This document shows positions 8,667-20,260 of a stretch of 64,000 nucleotides of DNA, in pieces (the first letter of the stretch is position 1; every line of letters begins with the position of its first letter). The position numbers were made by a program, and so were the translations under genes. The notes under the pieces are model-generated. The model was not told the DNA's origin. It saw only the letters and a program-made list of their open reading frames with translations, and did no database searches. Source of the stretch: Lishizhenia sp. (lineage in GTDB: Bacteria; Bacteroidota; Bacteroidia; Flavobacteriales_D; Crocinitomicaceae); assembly GCA_007117355.1 (NCBI GenBank), contig SKGS01000031.1:24542-88541 (forward strand), given 5' to 3'.

Positions 8667-10295
8667 TTACCCTAAAAACGGATATCTGTAATCTTTTGGA
8701 GTAACAAAAGTTTCTTTAATCGTTCTTGGTGATACCCATCGCAATAGATTAATTGCTGCTCCGGCCTTATCATTTGTTCCAGACCCTCTTGCACCACCAA
8801 ATGGTTGTTGACCTACAACAGCTCCGGTTGGTTTATCATTGATGTAGAAATTTCCAGCACTGTTTTCCAACATACGAACCGCTGTATTGATTGCATAGCG
8901 ATCTTTTGACATAATACAACCTGTCAATGCGTATTCTGAAGTACTATCGACTAACTTAAGCGTTTCTTCATATTGTTCTCCGTCATATAAATAAATTGTA
9001 ATAACCGGCCCGAAAATTTCTTCTACCATTGTTCTAAACTGTGGATCAGTTGTTACGGCTACTGTTGGTTCAATAAAATAACCTTTGGACTTATCATAGT
9101 TTCCACCGCAAATGATTTCAGCATCTGCGTGATTTTTGATGTAATCTATATAACTAGCAATTTTATCAAACGCTTTTTCATCAATAACCGCATTAATAAA
9201 GTTAGAAGGGTCTGCTGTAGAACCCATTTTGAAAGAACCAACTTGTTCAATTACGCTTTCTTTAACTGCTGGCCACATATCTTTAGGAATATAAGCTCTA
9301 GAAGCAGCTGAACATTTTTGACCTTGGAACTCGAATGCACCACGAGCAATTGCCGTTGCAACTTCAATCGGATTAGCAGACTTGTGAACCATTATAAAAT
9401 CTTTTCCTCCTGTTTCACCAACAATTTTTGGATAAGATTTATAAATCTCAAGGTTTTCCCCAATCGTTTTCCAAAGCGAACGGAATACCCCTGTTGAACC
9501 AGTAAAGTGTAATCCTGAAAATTCTGGATGTTTGAAAATCACATCTCCTGCATCTGGACCACTAACAGTAACAAGGTTGATGACTCCATCAGGAAGACCT
9601 GCTTCTTTAAATAATTCCATTATAACATGAGCCGAATAAACTTGTGTCATAGCTGGTTTCCAAACTACTACATTTCCCATCATTGCAGGCGCAGATGGTA
9701 AATTTCCAGCAATAGCTGTAAAGTTAAAAGGAGTTAAAGCAAAAATAAACCCTTCTAAAGGTCGCCATTCCAATCTATTCCAACATCCGGGATTTGACTC
9801 CGGTTGCTCTTTGTATATCTCCGTCATGTATTGAACATTGAAGCGCAAGAAATCCACTAATTCACAAGCTGAATCAATTTCTGCCTGAAATACGTTCTTA
9901 GATTGTCCAAGCATGGTTGCTGCATTCATTCTATCTCTGAATGGTCCGGCCAACAAGTCCGCTGCACGTAAAAATACACTTGCACGTTGTTCCCAAGGCA
10001 ATGCAGCCCATTCTGACTTTGCAGCAAGAGCAGCATCTATCGCTTTTTGAACGTGCGACTTATCACCCATATTAAAATGCCCCAAGACTTTTTGATGGTC
10101 ATGTGGTGGAGTCATAGCAACTTTTTGATCTGTTCTAACCTCTTCACTACCAATGTACATTGGAACATCAATCGGATCTTGATTGTAAAGTTCTTTGTAT
10201 TTAGCAAGTAAGGACGCTCGTTTAGGACAACCAGGAGCATAATCATTTACTGGTTCATTCACTGCTTTTGGCACGTTGAAAAATGCGTTTGACAT
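8667..10295 (-). CDS. pruA: L-glutamate gamma-semialdehyde (1-pyrroline-5-carboxylate) dehydrogenase
   Basis: 542-aa aldehyde dehydrogenase with the catalytic Glu segment VGETGGKD and catalytic Cys segment FEFQGQKCSAASR. The N-terminus and length are typical of stand-alone P5C dehydrogenase. Confidence 0.9.
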   Translation of the reverse strand: MSNAFFNVPKAVNEPVNDYAPGCPKRASLLAKYKELYNQDPIDVPMYIGSEEVRTDQKVAMTPPHDHQKVLGHFNMGDKSHVQKAIDAALAAKSEWAALPWEQRASVFLRAADLLAGPFRDRMNAATMLGQSKNVFQAEIDSACELVDFLRFNVQYMTEIYKEQPESNPGCWNRLEWRPLEGFIFALTPFNFTAIAGNLPSAPAMMGNVVVWKPAMTQVYSAHVIMELFKEAGLPDGVINLVTVSGPDAGDVIFKHPEFSGLHFTGSTGVFRSLWKTIGENLEIYKSYPKIVGETGGKDFIMVHKSANPIEVATAIARGAFEFQGQKCSAASRAYIPKDMWPAVKESVIEQVGSFKMGSTADPSNFINAVIDEKAFDKIASYIDYIKNHADAEIICGGNYDKSKGYFIEPTVAVTTDPQFRTMVEEIFGPVITIYLYDGEQYEETLKLVDSTSEYALTGCIMSKDRYAINTAVRMLENSAGNFYINDKPTGAVVGQQPFGGARGSGTNDKAGAAINLLRWVSPRTIKETFVTPKDYRYPFLG

Positions 10296-10326
10296 AGTAT
10301 TTTCTGTTTTTATATTTTCAATTGAG

Positions 10327-10334
10327 CAAATGTA
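10327..10334 (-). promoter_or_regulatory. -7 promoter box (TAcaTTTG) for pruA
   Basis: The reverse complement of caaatgta matches TAnnTTTG and lies 31 nt upstream of the pruA ATG. Confidence 0.4.
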
Positions 10335-10529
10335 GTCATTGCAAAATGGAAATCAAAATATGAGTGAAATAAGTAACTCCAAAAATGGGATGCACTGAAA
10401 TGCTAGATTTGTTTTTAAAATGTTTTAAATCAAACCTTTAATTATGAATGTTGTTGAAATTGTTAATAATAAGGTTTAGGTTTTTACTGCACAAAATAAT
10501 AAATATACTTTTACGTTGTTTCTTATTTG

Positions 10530-10537
10530 TATATTTG
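10530..10537 (+). promoter_or_regulatory. -7 promoter box (TAtaTTTG) for the CapD-like gene
   Basis: tatatttg lies 45 nt upstream of the ATG at 10583. Confidence 0.35.
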
Positions 10538-10582
10538 CCGAACTAAACTTTAGGGAAGAGTTTGGATAACATCGTCTAAAGC

Positions 10583-12499
10583 ATGAAAGAAAATAATTTC
10601 AAAAGGCTTCCACTTCCTAAGTTGCCAGAAGCTAGAACTCCAAGATGGATTATTGCCATTATGGATTTGTTCATTTCTTTATTTGCTCTCTTTTTAGCCT
10701 ACCTTGTTCGTTTTGAACTCTACTTAAATGAATATATTTTTCAAAAGGAATGGAATGCACTTAAATATGCATTGCCTGTTATTATCATTATTAAACTTTC
10801 TACTTTTTATTGGTTTCGAATTCATCAAGGACTAATTCGACACACTTCATTTCTTGATGTAAGAAGAATTTTTCTCGCCGTATCGACCACTTCTGTTTTG
10901 TTTTTTATTGGTGGAATTATTCGGTTTAATTTTTTCGATGAACGATATTTAATACCCACAACGGTTTGGTTTATAGAGTTTTTTATCAGTTTACTTTTGC
11001 TGATTGGAATTCGATTAATCATAAAAACGTACTATTATGAAACAAATAAGCCTTCTTCGAGTTTTCGAAAGAATGTCTTAATTTATGGTGCTGGTGTTTC
11101 AGGGTTAATAACAAAACGTACAATAGAAAAAGACCCACACTTTGGCTATTCAGTGCTTGGTTTTGTGGATACCAATAAAAAACTTACCGGTAACAGACTT
11201 GAAGGTGTAAAAATTTATGCAGTTGATGAACTTGAAGAACTATTAGAAGGACATAAGGTTGATGAGTTAATTATTGCAATCCAACGGCCAGAAAAGGAAG
11301 CCACTACCGACATTGTAGATTTGTGTTTGAAGTTTGACGTAGAGGTAAGGTCTGTTCCAAATTTTAAAAATTGGATTAATGGTGAATTTAGTGTAAAACA
11401 AATCCGAAAGGTTAACATTGATGATTTATTGGGGAGAAAAGAAATAAACCTTAATAACCTTTCTGTTAAAGAGCAGCTTTCAGGAAAAAGAATTTTAGTT
11501 ACTGGTGCAGCTGGTTCAATTGGTAGTGGATTAGTTAGACAACTTGTAGAATATTCACCTTCAAAACTTATTTTACTCGACCAAGCGGAATCTGCATTGT
11601 ATGATTTTCATAATGAGTTAATTGCTGCTGAGAAGGATGAGTCCCTAGAGGTGGTTGTTGGGGATATTCGAAATAAATCCCGAATGGAGCGATTATTCTC
11701 TTATTACAAACCTCAGATTGTATTTCATGCCGCAGCTTATAAGCATGTTCCAATTATGGAAAATAATCCTTCTGAGGCGATAATGACAAATGTGCTCGGA
11801 ACTAAAAATCTAGTCGATTTATCTCATGAATTTAAAATTGAAAAATTCGTAATGATATCAACGGATAAGGCGGTTAATCCTACAAATGTGATGGGGGCTT
11901 CTAAACGAATTGCTGAGATATATGCGCAGCTTACAAATGAAACATCGCAAACACAATTTGTAACTACCCGCTTTGGAAACGTTCTTGGTTCAAATGGTTC
12001 TGTAATTCCTCTATTTAAAAAACAAATTGCGCAAGGTGGCCCTGTAACGGTTACGCATGAAGAGGTGACGCGCTATTTTATGACTATACCAGAAGCCTGT
12101 CAGTTAGTTTTAGAGGCAGGAGCAATGGGTGATGGCGGTGAAATTTTTGTTTTTGATATGGGGAAATCCATAAAAATCATTGATTTAGCAAAGAAAATGA
12201 TAAAGCTATCAGGACTTGAAGTAGGTAAAGACATAGAAATCAAATTCACTGGATTGCGTCCGGGAGAGAAGCTGTATGAAGAACTTTTGGCAACAGAGGA
12301 AAATACCATTCCAACGCATCATCCGCAAATTCTTAAAGCCAAAAACAGAGTGGAAAACAACGAAAAGTTAAATGAAATACAAGAGTTAATTGCTCTTTTT
12401 GATAATCAAGACAATTTTCAAATTGTACAACAAATGAAAGCTATTGTACCGGAATTTGTAAGTAATAACTCAATTTATTCTAAATTAGACAAAAAATAA
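10583..12499 (+). CDS. membrane-anchored polysaccharide biosynthesis protein, CapD/WbpM/PglF-like NDP-sugar 4,6-dehydratase
   Basis: About four N-terminal transmembrane helices, two Rossmann motifs (YGAGVSG, VTGAAGSIGS), and an SDR-extended catalytic segment MGASKRIAE. Confidence 0.85.
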   Translation: MKENNFKRLPLPKLPEARTPRWIIAIMDLFISLFALFLAYLVRFELYLNEYIFQKEWNALKYALPVIIIIKLSTFYWFRIHQGLIRHTSFLDVRRIFLAVSTTSVLFFIGGIIRFNFFDERYLIPTTVWFIEFFISLLLLIGIRLIIKTYYYETNKPSSSFRKNVLIYGAGVSGLITKRTIEKDPHFGYSVLGFVDTNKKLTGNRLEGVKIYAVDELEELLEGHKVDELIIAIQRPEKEATTDIVDLCLKFDVEVRSVPNFKNWINGEFSVKQIRKVNIDDLLGRKEINLNNLSVKEQLSGKRILVTGAAGSIGSGLVRQLVEYSPSKLILLDQAESALYDFHNELIAAEKDESLEVVVGDIRNKSRMERLFSYYKPQIVFHAAAYKHVPIMENNPSEAIMTNVLGTKNLVDLSHEFKIEKFVMISTDKAVNPTNVMGASKRIAEIYAQLTNETSQTQFVTTRFGNVLGSNGSVIPLFKKQIAQGGPVTVTHEEVTRYFMTIPEACQLVLEAGAMGDGGEIFVFDMGKSIKIIDLAKKMIKLSGLEVGKDIEIKFTGLRPGEKLYEELLATEENTIPTHHPQILKAKNRVENNEKLNEIQELIALFDNQDNFQIVQQMKAIVPEFVSNNSIYSKLDKK

Positions 12500-12504
12500 T
12501 TGTA

Positions 12505-12903
12505 ATGATGACACCAGCAAAAATTCAAGTTCGCTTCGCAGATTGTGATATGATGGGGCATGTAAACAATGCTGTTTATCTCAGTTACTTTGAGCAAGCG
12601 CGAATGCACTATTTCGGTCAAATGGTTGGAGCTGAATGGGATTGGAACAAAGATGGCATAATATTGGCAAAAAATGTTGTTGAGTATGTTTATCCTGTTT
12701 TTTTACATGATAAACCTGAAATTATTGTATATTTAAAAGAAATTGGAGATAAAAGTTTTACCTTGTCTTACAAAGTGCTTGTCAATGAAAAATTATGTAC
12801 AAAAGGTGAATCAACTCTGGTTTGTTTTGACTTTGTAAAAAATACTTCTGTTTCCATTTTTCCTAAAATGATGGAAGGGTTGAAACAGTTGGAAAAACTG
12901 TAA
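12505..12903 (+). CDS. acyl-CoA thioesterase, hotdog fold (4HBT/YbgC-like)
   Basis: RFADCDMMGHVNNAVYLSYFEQAR matches the 4HBT active-site region. 132 aa. There is a 5-nt gap to the upstream gene and a 2-nt gap to the downstream gene. Confidence 0.8.
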   Translation: MMTPAKIQVRFADCDMMGHVNNAVYLSYFEQARMHYFGQMVGAEWDWNKDGIILAKNVVEYVYPVFLHDKPEIIVYLKEIGDKSFTLSYKVLVNEKLCTKGESTLVCFDFVKNTSVSIFPKMMEGLKQLEKL

Positions 12904-12905
12904 TC

Positions 12906-14009
12906 ATGAAGAATGTAATTTTCTTTTTTTTGTTAACTTTTCTTTTTTCTGAAAGTAACTTAATTGCCCAATTCGGAAATGATGATATTCCTGCTAGAAA
13001 CGTTCCTTGTTTTCAAAACTCTCTTGAACGAATGGGGAAGCGTTATGTCGATTGGGAATGTGGACAAACTCCGGGAGTAATTGATTGCAATGAACGACTA
13101 GAATCTGACCCAGGTTCAAATGTGGTTTTTAGTAGAAACTCAAGAATGCCATTTTCCGGAACTTGTGAAACGTGTCATCCAAACGGAATTAAAGAGCGAG
13201 TTGTAACCTTTGTAAACGGGCGAACAGACGGAAGAGATACTACAATTTACCCATCAGGTTGTATTCAAGTTATTCGTGAACATATCGAAGGAAAGGAGCA
13301 TGGTTTATGGACGTATTACAACGACACAAGTGGGTTGGAAGCTTGGCAAATTGAATTTTACAATGGTGAAAAGCATGGCAGGTCTATTTATTTTAATCAT
13401 TTCCCTGTTGGTTCAGATAAAATAACTATCAAAATAGGAAATATTGAGCACACTATCCGTTATTTGATTTATGATAGCGATACCAATCGAATTGAATATT
13501 TCAACGATGGTAAATTACATGGTGTGCGCAAGGAGTATTATCCCGAAAACAAAATCAAGAAGAAAGTTTCATACAGTAATGGAATAATGCACGGTCCATT
13601 CATTGTTTATAACAGAGAAGAAATGGTATTGCAAGAGCTGAATTATAACATGGGTAGAAAAGACGGAGAGTGGAAATATTACTACGAAGAAGGGAGTTTA
13701 CTTAAAATAGAAAACTGGTCTAATGATTTAAAAGTAGGACCATATAAAATATTTTTTATTAACGGTTCTGTTCAAATTTCAGAAAACTACGACCGCCGAG
13801 GCAGAAAAGAAGGTTGGTTTGAAGAATATTTCCCCAATGAGCGCATCAAGAAAAGAGAACTTTATCGTAAAGGTGAGCTAATTGAGAAGCATGTTTTTGA
13901 TGAATTTGGTAGAGAAATCGAAACTGTTGGCGGTGAAAAATCTAGCGGAAAAGAAGACGACGACCTTCCAACAAAGAAAAAGAAAAGGTGGTGGCAGTTT
14001 TGGAAGTAA
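12906..14009 (+). CDS. secreted MORN-variant repeat protein (YwqK-like)
   Basis: Signal peptide followed by repeated G.K.G.W..YY..G units (GKEHGLWTYY, GEKHGRSIYF, GKLHGVRKEYY, GRKDGEWKYYY). Basic and aromatic C-terminal tail KKKKRWWQFWK. Confidence 0.6.
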   Translation: MKNVIFFFLLTFLFSESNLIAQFGNDDIPARNVPCFQNSLERMGKRYVDWECGQTPGVIDCNERLESDPGSNVVFSRNSRMPFSGTCETCHPNGIKERVVTFVNGRTDGRDTTIYPSGCIQVIREHIEGKEHGLWTYYNDTSGLEAWQIEFYNGEKHGRSIYFNHFPVGSDKITIKIGNIEHTIRYLIYDSDTNRIEYFNDGKLHGVRKEYYPENKIKKKVSYSNGIMHGPFIVYNREEMVLQELNYNMGRKDGEWKYYYEEGSLLKIENWSNDLKVGPYKIFFINGSVQISENYDRRGRKEGWFEEYFPNERIKKRELYRKGELIEKHVFDEFGREIETVGGEKSSGKEDDDLPTKKKKRWWQFWK

Positions 14010-14041
14010 ACTGATTCTAAAATGAGAATAAAACAATTCGA

Positions 14042-14821
14042 ATGAAAGAAAATATAAAAGACTTAAATTTAGCGGTATTAATAGATGGGGATAATATTCC
14101 TAGCAAATATATAAAGGAAATGATGGAAGAAGTGGCTAAATATGGCGTGCCTTCCATTAAACGAATTTATGGCGACTGGACAAAACCCCACCTTTCCAAA
14201 TGGAAAAATATTTTGTTAGACCACGCTATTCAACCAATTCAACAATACGGCTATACGCAAGGTAAAAACGCTACGGATTCCGCAATGATTATTGATGCTA
14301 TGGACATTCTCTATGCAGGAAAAACGGACGGCTTTTGTTTAGTAAGTTCAGACAGTGATTTTACCCGGTTGGCAACAAGATTAAGAGAATCAAGTCAAAA
14401 AGTTATAGGGATAGGGGAACAAAAAACACCCGAACCTTTTATTGCAGCTTGCGATAAATTTATTTACTTAGAAATTCTTCATGAAGAAGAGGAGGAAGAA
14501 ACCAAAAAGGTATCCACCAATAGAAAACAACAAAAGAAAGCTGTTCAGAAAGTTACCCCTCAAGTTATAAAATTAATAAAAACATCTATTTACGATTGCG
14601 CAGAAGATGATGGATGGGCTTTTCTTGGTGATGTAGGTTCACTGATTAATAAAAAACAACCTAATTTTGATCCACGAAACTTTGGGTTTTACAAGCTCAC
14701 TCCTTTGATTGATTCAATAGGACAATTTGAAATTGAACAACGCGAAACACCAAATAGTCGTGTGAAGCATATCTATGTTAAAAATAAGTCAAGAAGTAGG
14801 GGGCAAGGAGCTGGAAATTAA
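14042..14821 (+). CDS. NYN (LabA-like) domain protein with C-terminal OST-HTH/LOTUS domain
   Basis: The N-terminal LAVLIDGDNIP...RIYGDW...SSDSDF pattern fits the NYN/LabA acidic residues. An acidic and basic linker follows, then the C-terminal GWAFLGDVGSLI...FGFYKLTPLI, which resembles LOTUS. Confidence 0.7.
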   Translation: MKENIKDLNLAVLIDGDNIPSKYIKEMMEEVAKYGVPSIKRIYGDWTKPHLSKWKNILLDHAIQPIQQYGYTQGKNATDSAMIIDAMDILYAGKTDGFCLVSSDSDFTRLATRLRESSQKVIGIGEQKTPEPFIAACDKFIYLEILHEEEEEETKKVSTNRKQQKKAVQKVTPQVIKLIKTSIYDCAEDDGWAFLGDVGSLINKKQPNFDPRNFGFYKLTPLIDSIGQFEIEQRETPNSRVKHIYVKNKSRSRGQGAGN

Positions 14822-14860
14822 TTTTTTCTCTTCTTTATTAGTAATGGAAATTAAACAATA

Positions 14861-15733
14861 ATGTTTGTAAAAGATAACTCCTATGCTGCAATTCATTCTT
14901 ATTTTCAAGAAAAGCTGTCTTCGGTTTTTTCTTTGCGAGAAATACGATTTTTAACAAATGCCTTTGTTCGCAAACGATTAGGGTTATCTGAAGGCGATTT
15001 GTTGTTAACACAAAATATTCAGTTTTCAGAGTCTGATTTACTTTACTTTCGAGATAAAATTAAAAGACTGTTGAATGGAGAACCGTTTCAATACCTTCTT
15101 GGATCCACATTTTTTCATTCTGTGGAAATTGAGGTCAATGAAAATGCGTTGATTCCACGACCAGAAACGGAAGAACTGGTAGAGTGGATTTTAAATGAAT
15201 TGCCAGAATCTTCTTGTGCTCTTCTTGATATTGGCACTGGTACAGGTTGTATTCCTTTGGCAATAGCCTTTAATCGCCCCAAGGATGAAGTGTTTGGATG
15301 CGATATTTCGGAACAAGCGTTAGCCCTTGCGAAACACAATAATACTTCCCTAGGTTTATCAGTTAACTTTTTTCAAGCGGATTGTCTCAATTGGAAAGAA
15401 AATGATTTTTTGTTGAACAACAATTGGGACGTAATCGTCTCTAACCCTCCTTACATTCCAGAAAAGGAAAAAGAAATGATGGCAAAACATGTCACGGAAT
15501 TTGAACCAGCCCAGGCCTTGTTTGTGCCAAATGATGATGCCATACTATTTTACCGGAGTATTGGAGAATTAGCAAAAAAGTCGTTGAAAAAATCGGGAAA
15601 ACTTATGGTGGAAATTCATGAGCAATTTGAAAAGGAAGTAGTATCTTGCTTCCAAAAAATAGGGTTTCAATCAATCGAGGTGCGCAAGGACTTACAGGGA
15701 AAGCCAAGAATGATTAAAGCGACTCTTGAATAA
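14861..15733 (+). CDS. prmC: peptide chain release factor N5-glutamine methyltransferase
   Basis: SAM motif LLDIGTGTGCI and catalytic NPPY (VSNPPYIP). The length and the RPETEELV segment are typical of HemK/PrmC. Confidence 0.9.
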   Translation: MFVKDNSYAAIHSYFQEKLSSVFSLREIRFLTNAFVRKRLGLSEGDLLLTQNIQFSESDLLYFRDKIKRLLNGEPFQYLLGSTFFHSVEIEVNENALIPRPETEELVEWILNELPESSCALLDIGTGTGCIPLAIAFNRPKDEVFGCDISEQALALAKHNNTSLGLSVNFFQADCLNWKENDFLLNNNWDVIVSNPPYIPEKEKEMMAKHVTEFEPAQALFVPNDDAILFYRSIGELAKKSLKKSGKLMVEIHEQFEKEVVSCFQKIGFQSIEVRKDLQGKPRMIKATLE

Positions 15734-15753
15734 TTGTTGAAAAGAAACAGTGA

Positions 15754-18239
<2,486 letters not shown>

Positions 18240-18242
18240 AAG

Positions 18243-19118
18243 ATGAAATTTAAGGGTACAGGTGTAGCGTTAGTTACTCCGTTTGATACAACAGGCAATG
18301 TTGATGAACAAGGGCTTAGGAACTTGGTTCGCTTACAAATTGATGGAGGAACAGATTTTTTGGTAGTTCAGGGTACAACAGGAGAAACAGCAACGTTGAC
18401 AAAAGAAGAGAAAGCTCAAGTTTTGGCTATCGTTTTGGATGAAAATAAGGGTGAACTACCTGTTGTTTTAGGTGTCGGCGGAAATAATACTGCAGAAGTT
18501 GTTCAGTTGGTAAAACATTGGAATACGTCTAAGGTGGATGGGTACTTGAGTGTTTCTCCGTATTACAACAAACCATCGCAAGAAGGCATTTTTCAGCATT
18601 TTTCGGCTATCGCAGCAGTTTCGGAAAAACCGATTATTGTTTACAATGTGCCAGGAAGAACAGGAAGCAACATGTCAGCGGCTACAACGCTTCGTCTAGC
18701 TGAGTTGGAAAATATTGTTGCCGTTAAAGAAGCGTCTGGAAATTTAGAACAAGTCATGGAAATTATTCAACAAGCGCCTGATGGGTTCGGAATTTTATCG
18801 GGAGATGATGCGCTCACTTTACCGATGATTGCACTTGGTGCTCACGGTGTAATTTCGGTTGTGGCAAATGCCTTTCCAGAGAAATTTTCTCAAATGATAA
18901 ATGCGTCGTTGACATTGGATATTATCAAAGCGAGAGAAATACACTACGATTTATTAAAGGTCACGCATCAGTTTTTTGCAGAAGGAAATCCATCAGGAGT
19001 CAAAGCCGCATTGAAAGTTCGCGAAATTTGCAACGACGTCTTGCGTTTACCATTAGTAAATGTTTCCGAAGGGTTGTTTGAAGCAATAAAAAGTGAAACG
19101 AAACGATTAGTAGGGTAG
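18243..19118 (+). CDS. dapA: 4-hydroxy-tetrahydrodipicolinate synthase
   Basis: GTTGE motif, YNVPGRTG, and the Schiff-base Lys context VAVKEASG. 291 aa. Confidence 0.95.
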   Translation: MKFKGTGVALVTPFDTTGNVDEQGLRNLVRLQIDGGTDFLVVQGTTGETATLTKEEKAQVLAIVLDENKGELPVVLGVGGNNTAEVVQLVKHWNTSKVDGYLSVSPYYNKPSQEGIFQHFSAIAAVSEKPIIVYNVPGRTGSNMSAATTLRLAELENIVAVKEASGNLEQVMEIIQQAPDGFGILSGDDALTLPMIALGAHGVISVVANAFPEKFSQMINASLTLDIIKAREIHYDLLKVTHQFFAEGNPSGVKAALKVREICNDVLRLPLVNVSEGLFEAIKSETKRLVG

Positions 19119-19159
19119 GAGATTGTTGAAAAAAAGAACAAAACAGCAAGTAAAACCAC

Positions 19160-19190
19160 AAAAAAAGCCTCAAACTGAGGCTTTTTTTGT
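19160..19190 (+). terminator. intrinsic terminator after dapA
   Basis: agcctc (19166-19171) pairs with gaggct (19177-19182), with an A-run before and a T7 run after. Confidence 0.65.
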
Positions 19191-19420
19191 TCTTCTAATA
19201 TTGACGAATATGATAAAAGAATGAAGCCTTATAAGTTAGGGTTGAATGATTTTAATTATTGGTTTTCAATGAGTTATTTTACTATTAATTCCTATACTTT
19301 CAGACCTAATATAAAAATCGTTTTTCAACATTAATTCTGTATAAGAAAAATGCTTCTAATTTATTTATATTCTACAAATAATAATAACATTGGTAATTAT
19401 CATAGTTCTTTTTCTTTTGT

Positions 19421-19614
19421 CTTGACACAAAAGAAACAAAAAGTCAAGGCTTCGAAAAAGAATAATATAAATTACGTAACATTTCACTACCTCACCCAAA
19501 CTTGCTACGCCATTTACAGAAAGTTTTTACAAACTTTCTGATGGCTGTGCTTCAAACAAGGGTTCGGCTTACGTTCCATTTATACTTGTTTATTAATTAT
19601 TCTTTTTCAAGGCC
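19421..19614. repeat. nested inverted-repeat element in a gene-free region
   Basis: Outer inverted repeat ggcttcgaaaaagaataat (19448-19466) versus attattctttttcaaggcc (19596-19614), 17 of 19 complementary. Central hairpin 19509-19545 has a perfect 10-bp core cagaaagttt/aaactttctg (19517-19540) extended by gccat/atggc. An extra hairpin is cttgac (19421-19426) with gtcaag (19443-19448). Confidence 0.6.
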
Positions 19615-19757
19615 GTAAGAAAACCATATCCTTGTAATAACTTGATTACCTATAAATTATTATTGATTTCAACTAACTCCGAAATTTAAGATAATTGTCG
19701 CAACAAATAAAATTATAACTGGAAAACTGCTAATAAAATTAGAGTTTTTAATTATTT

Positions 19758-20198
19758 TTATTTTATCAAGCGAAATAGGAAATCAACGTTAATTATTGGG
19801 GTCAAGTATCCAAATTCTTGTCTTTTCATCATTCCACTAAAAATACTGACCAAGTAAAGAATAATCGGTATTATCATACTTAATCGAACTACACCTGAAT
19901 ATGACCAATGCATTATTGAAAACAGATTCGCTACGAAACCAAAAATTCCCGTCAGCAAAATTGTCGATTTATGTATTTTCGATAGTCCTTATATCTTTAA
20001 GCTTATTATTGATATAAGCAGCGCAGTCAGCATGTATATTAACAATCCAACTGTAATAATTAGAGATATTCCCGACCAAGTGATTAATATTCCGACAGTC
20101 AATCCCGAGGTTAGAAACAAAGACAATTTGTCTCCTTTTTTTAAAGTCAAGGAAAGCATTATTAACGCAACTATCGAAAATACTATTCTTTCGATCAT
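19758..20198 (-). pseudogene. small polytopic membrane protein gene interrupted by one in-frame TAA (or two separate small ORFs)
   Basis: ORFs 19989-20198 and 19758-19958 are in the same frame. Only the TAA at 19989-19991 separates them, and read-through gives ...ISLKI*GLSKIHKSTILLTGIFGF.... Both halves are hydrophobic and look like transmembrane helices. Confidence 0.45.
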
Positions 20199-20260
20199 TC
20201 GTTTCTTCTAATGCGCTGTAATTATTGGGTTAACATCTTCTATTTCTCTATCACAATAAC

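Noticed and set aside
19350-19541. 63-aa plus-strand ORF in the dapA-downstream intergenic region
   Set aside because: The translation is low-complexity (NNNN and KK runs). It spans the inverted repeat and hairpin structure, and no promoter box precedes it. I treated it as a by-product of AT-rich non-coding DNA.
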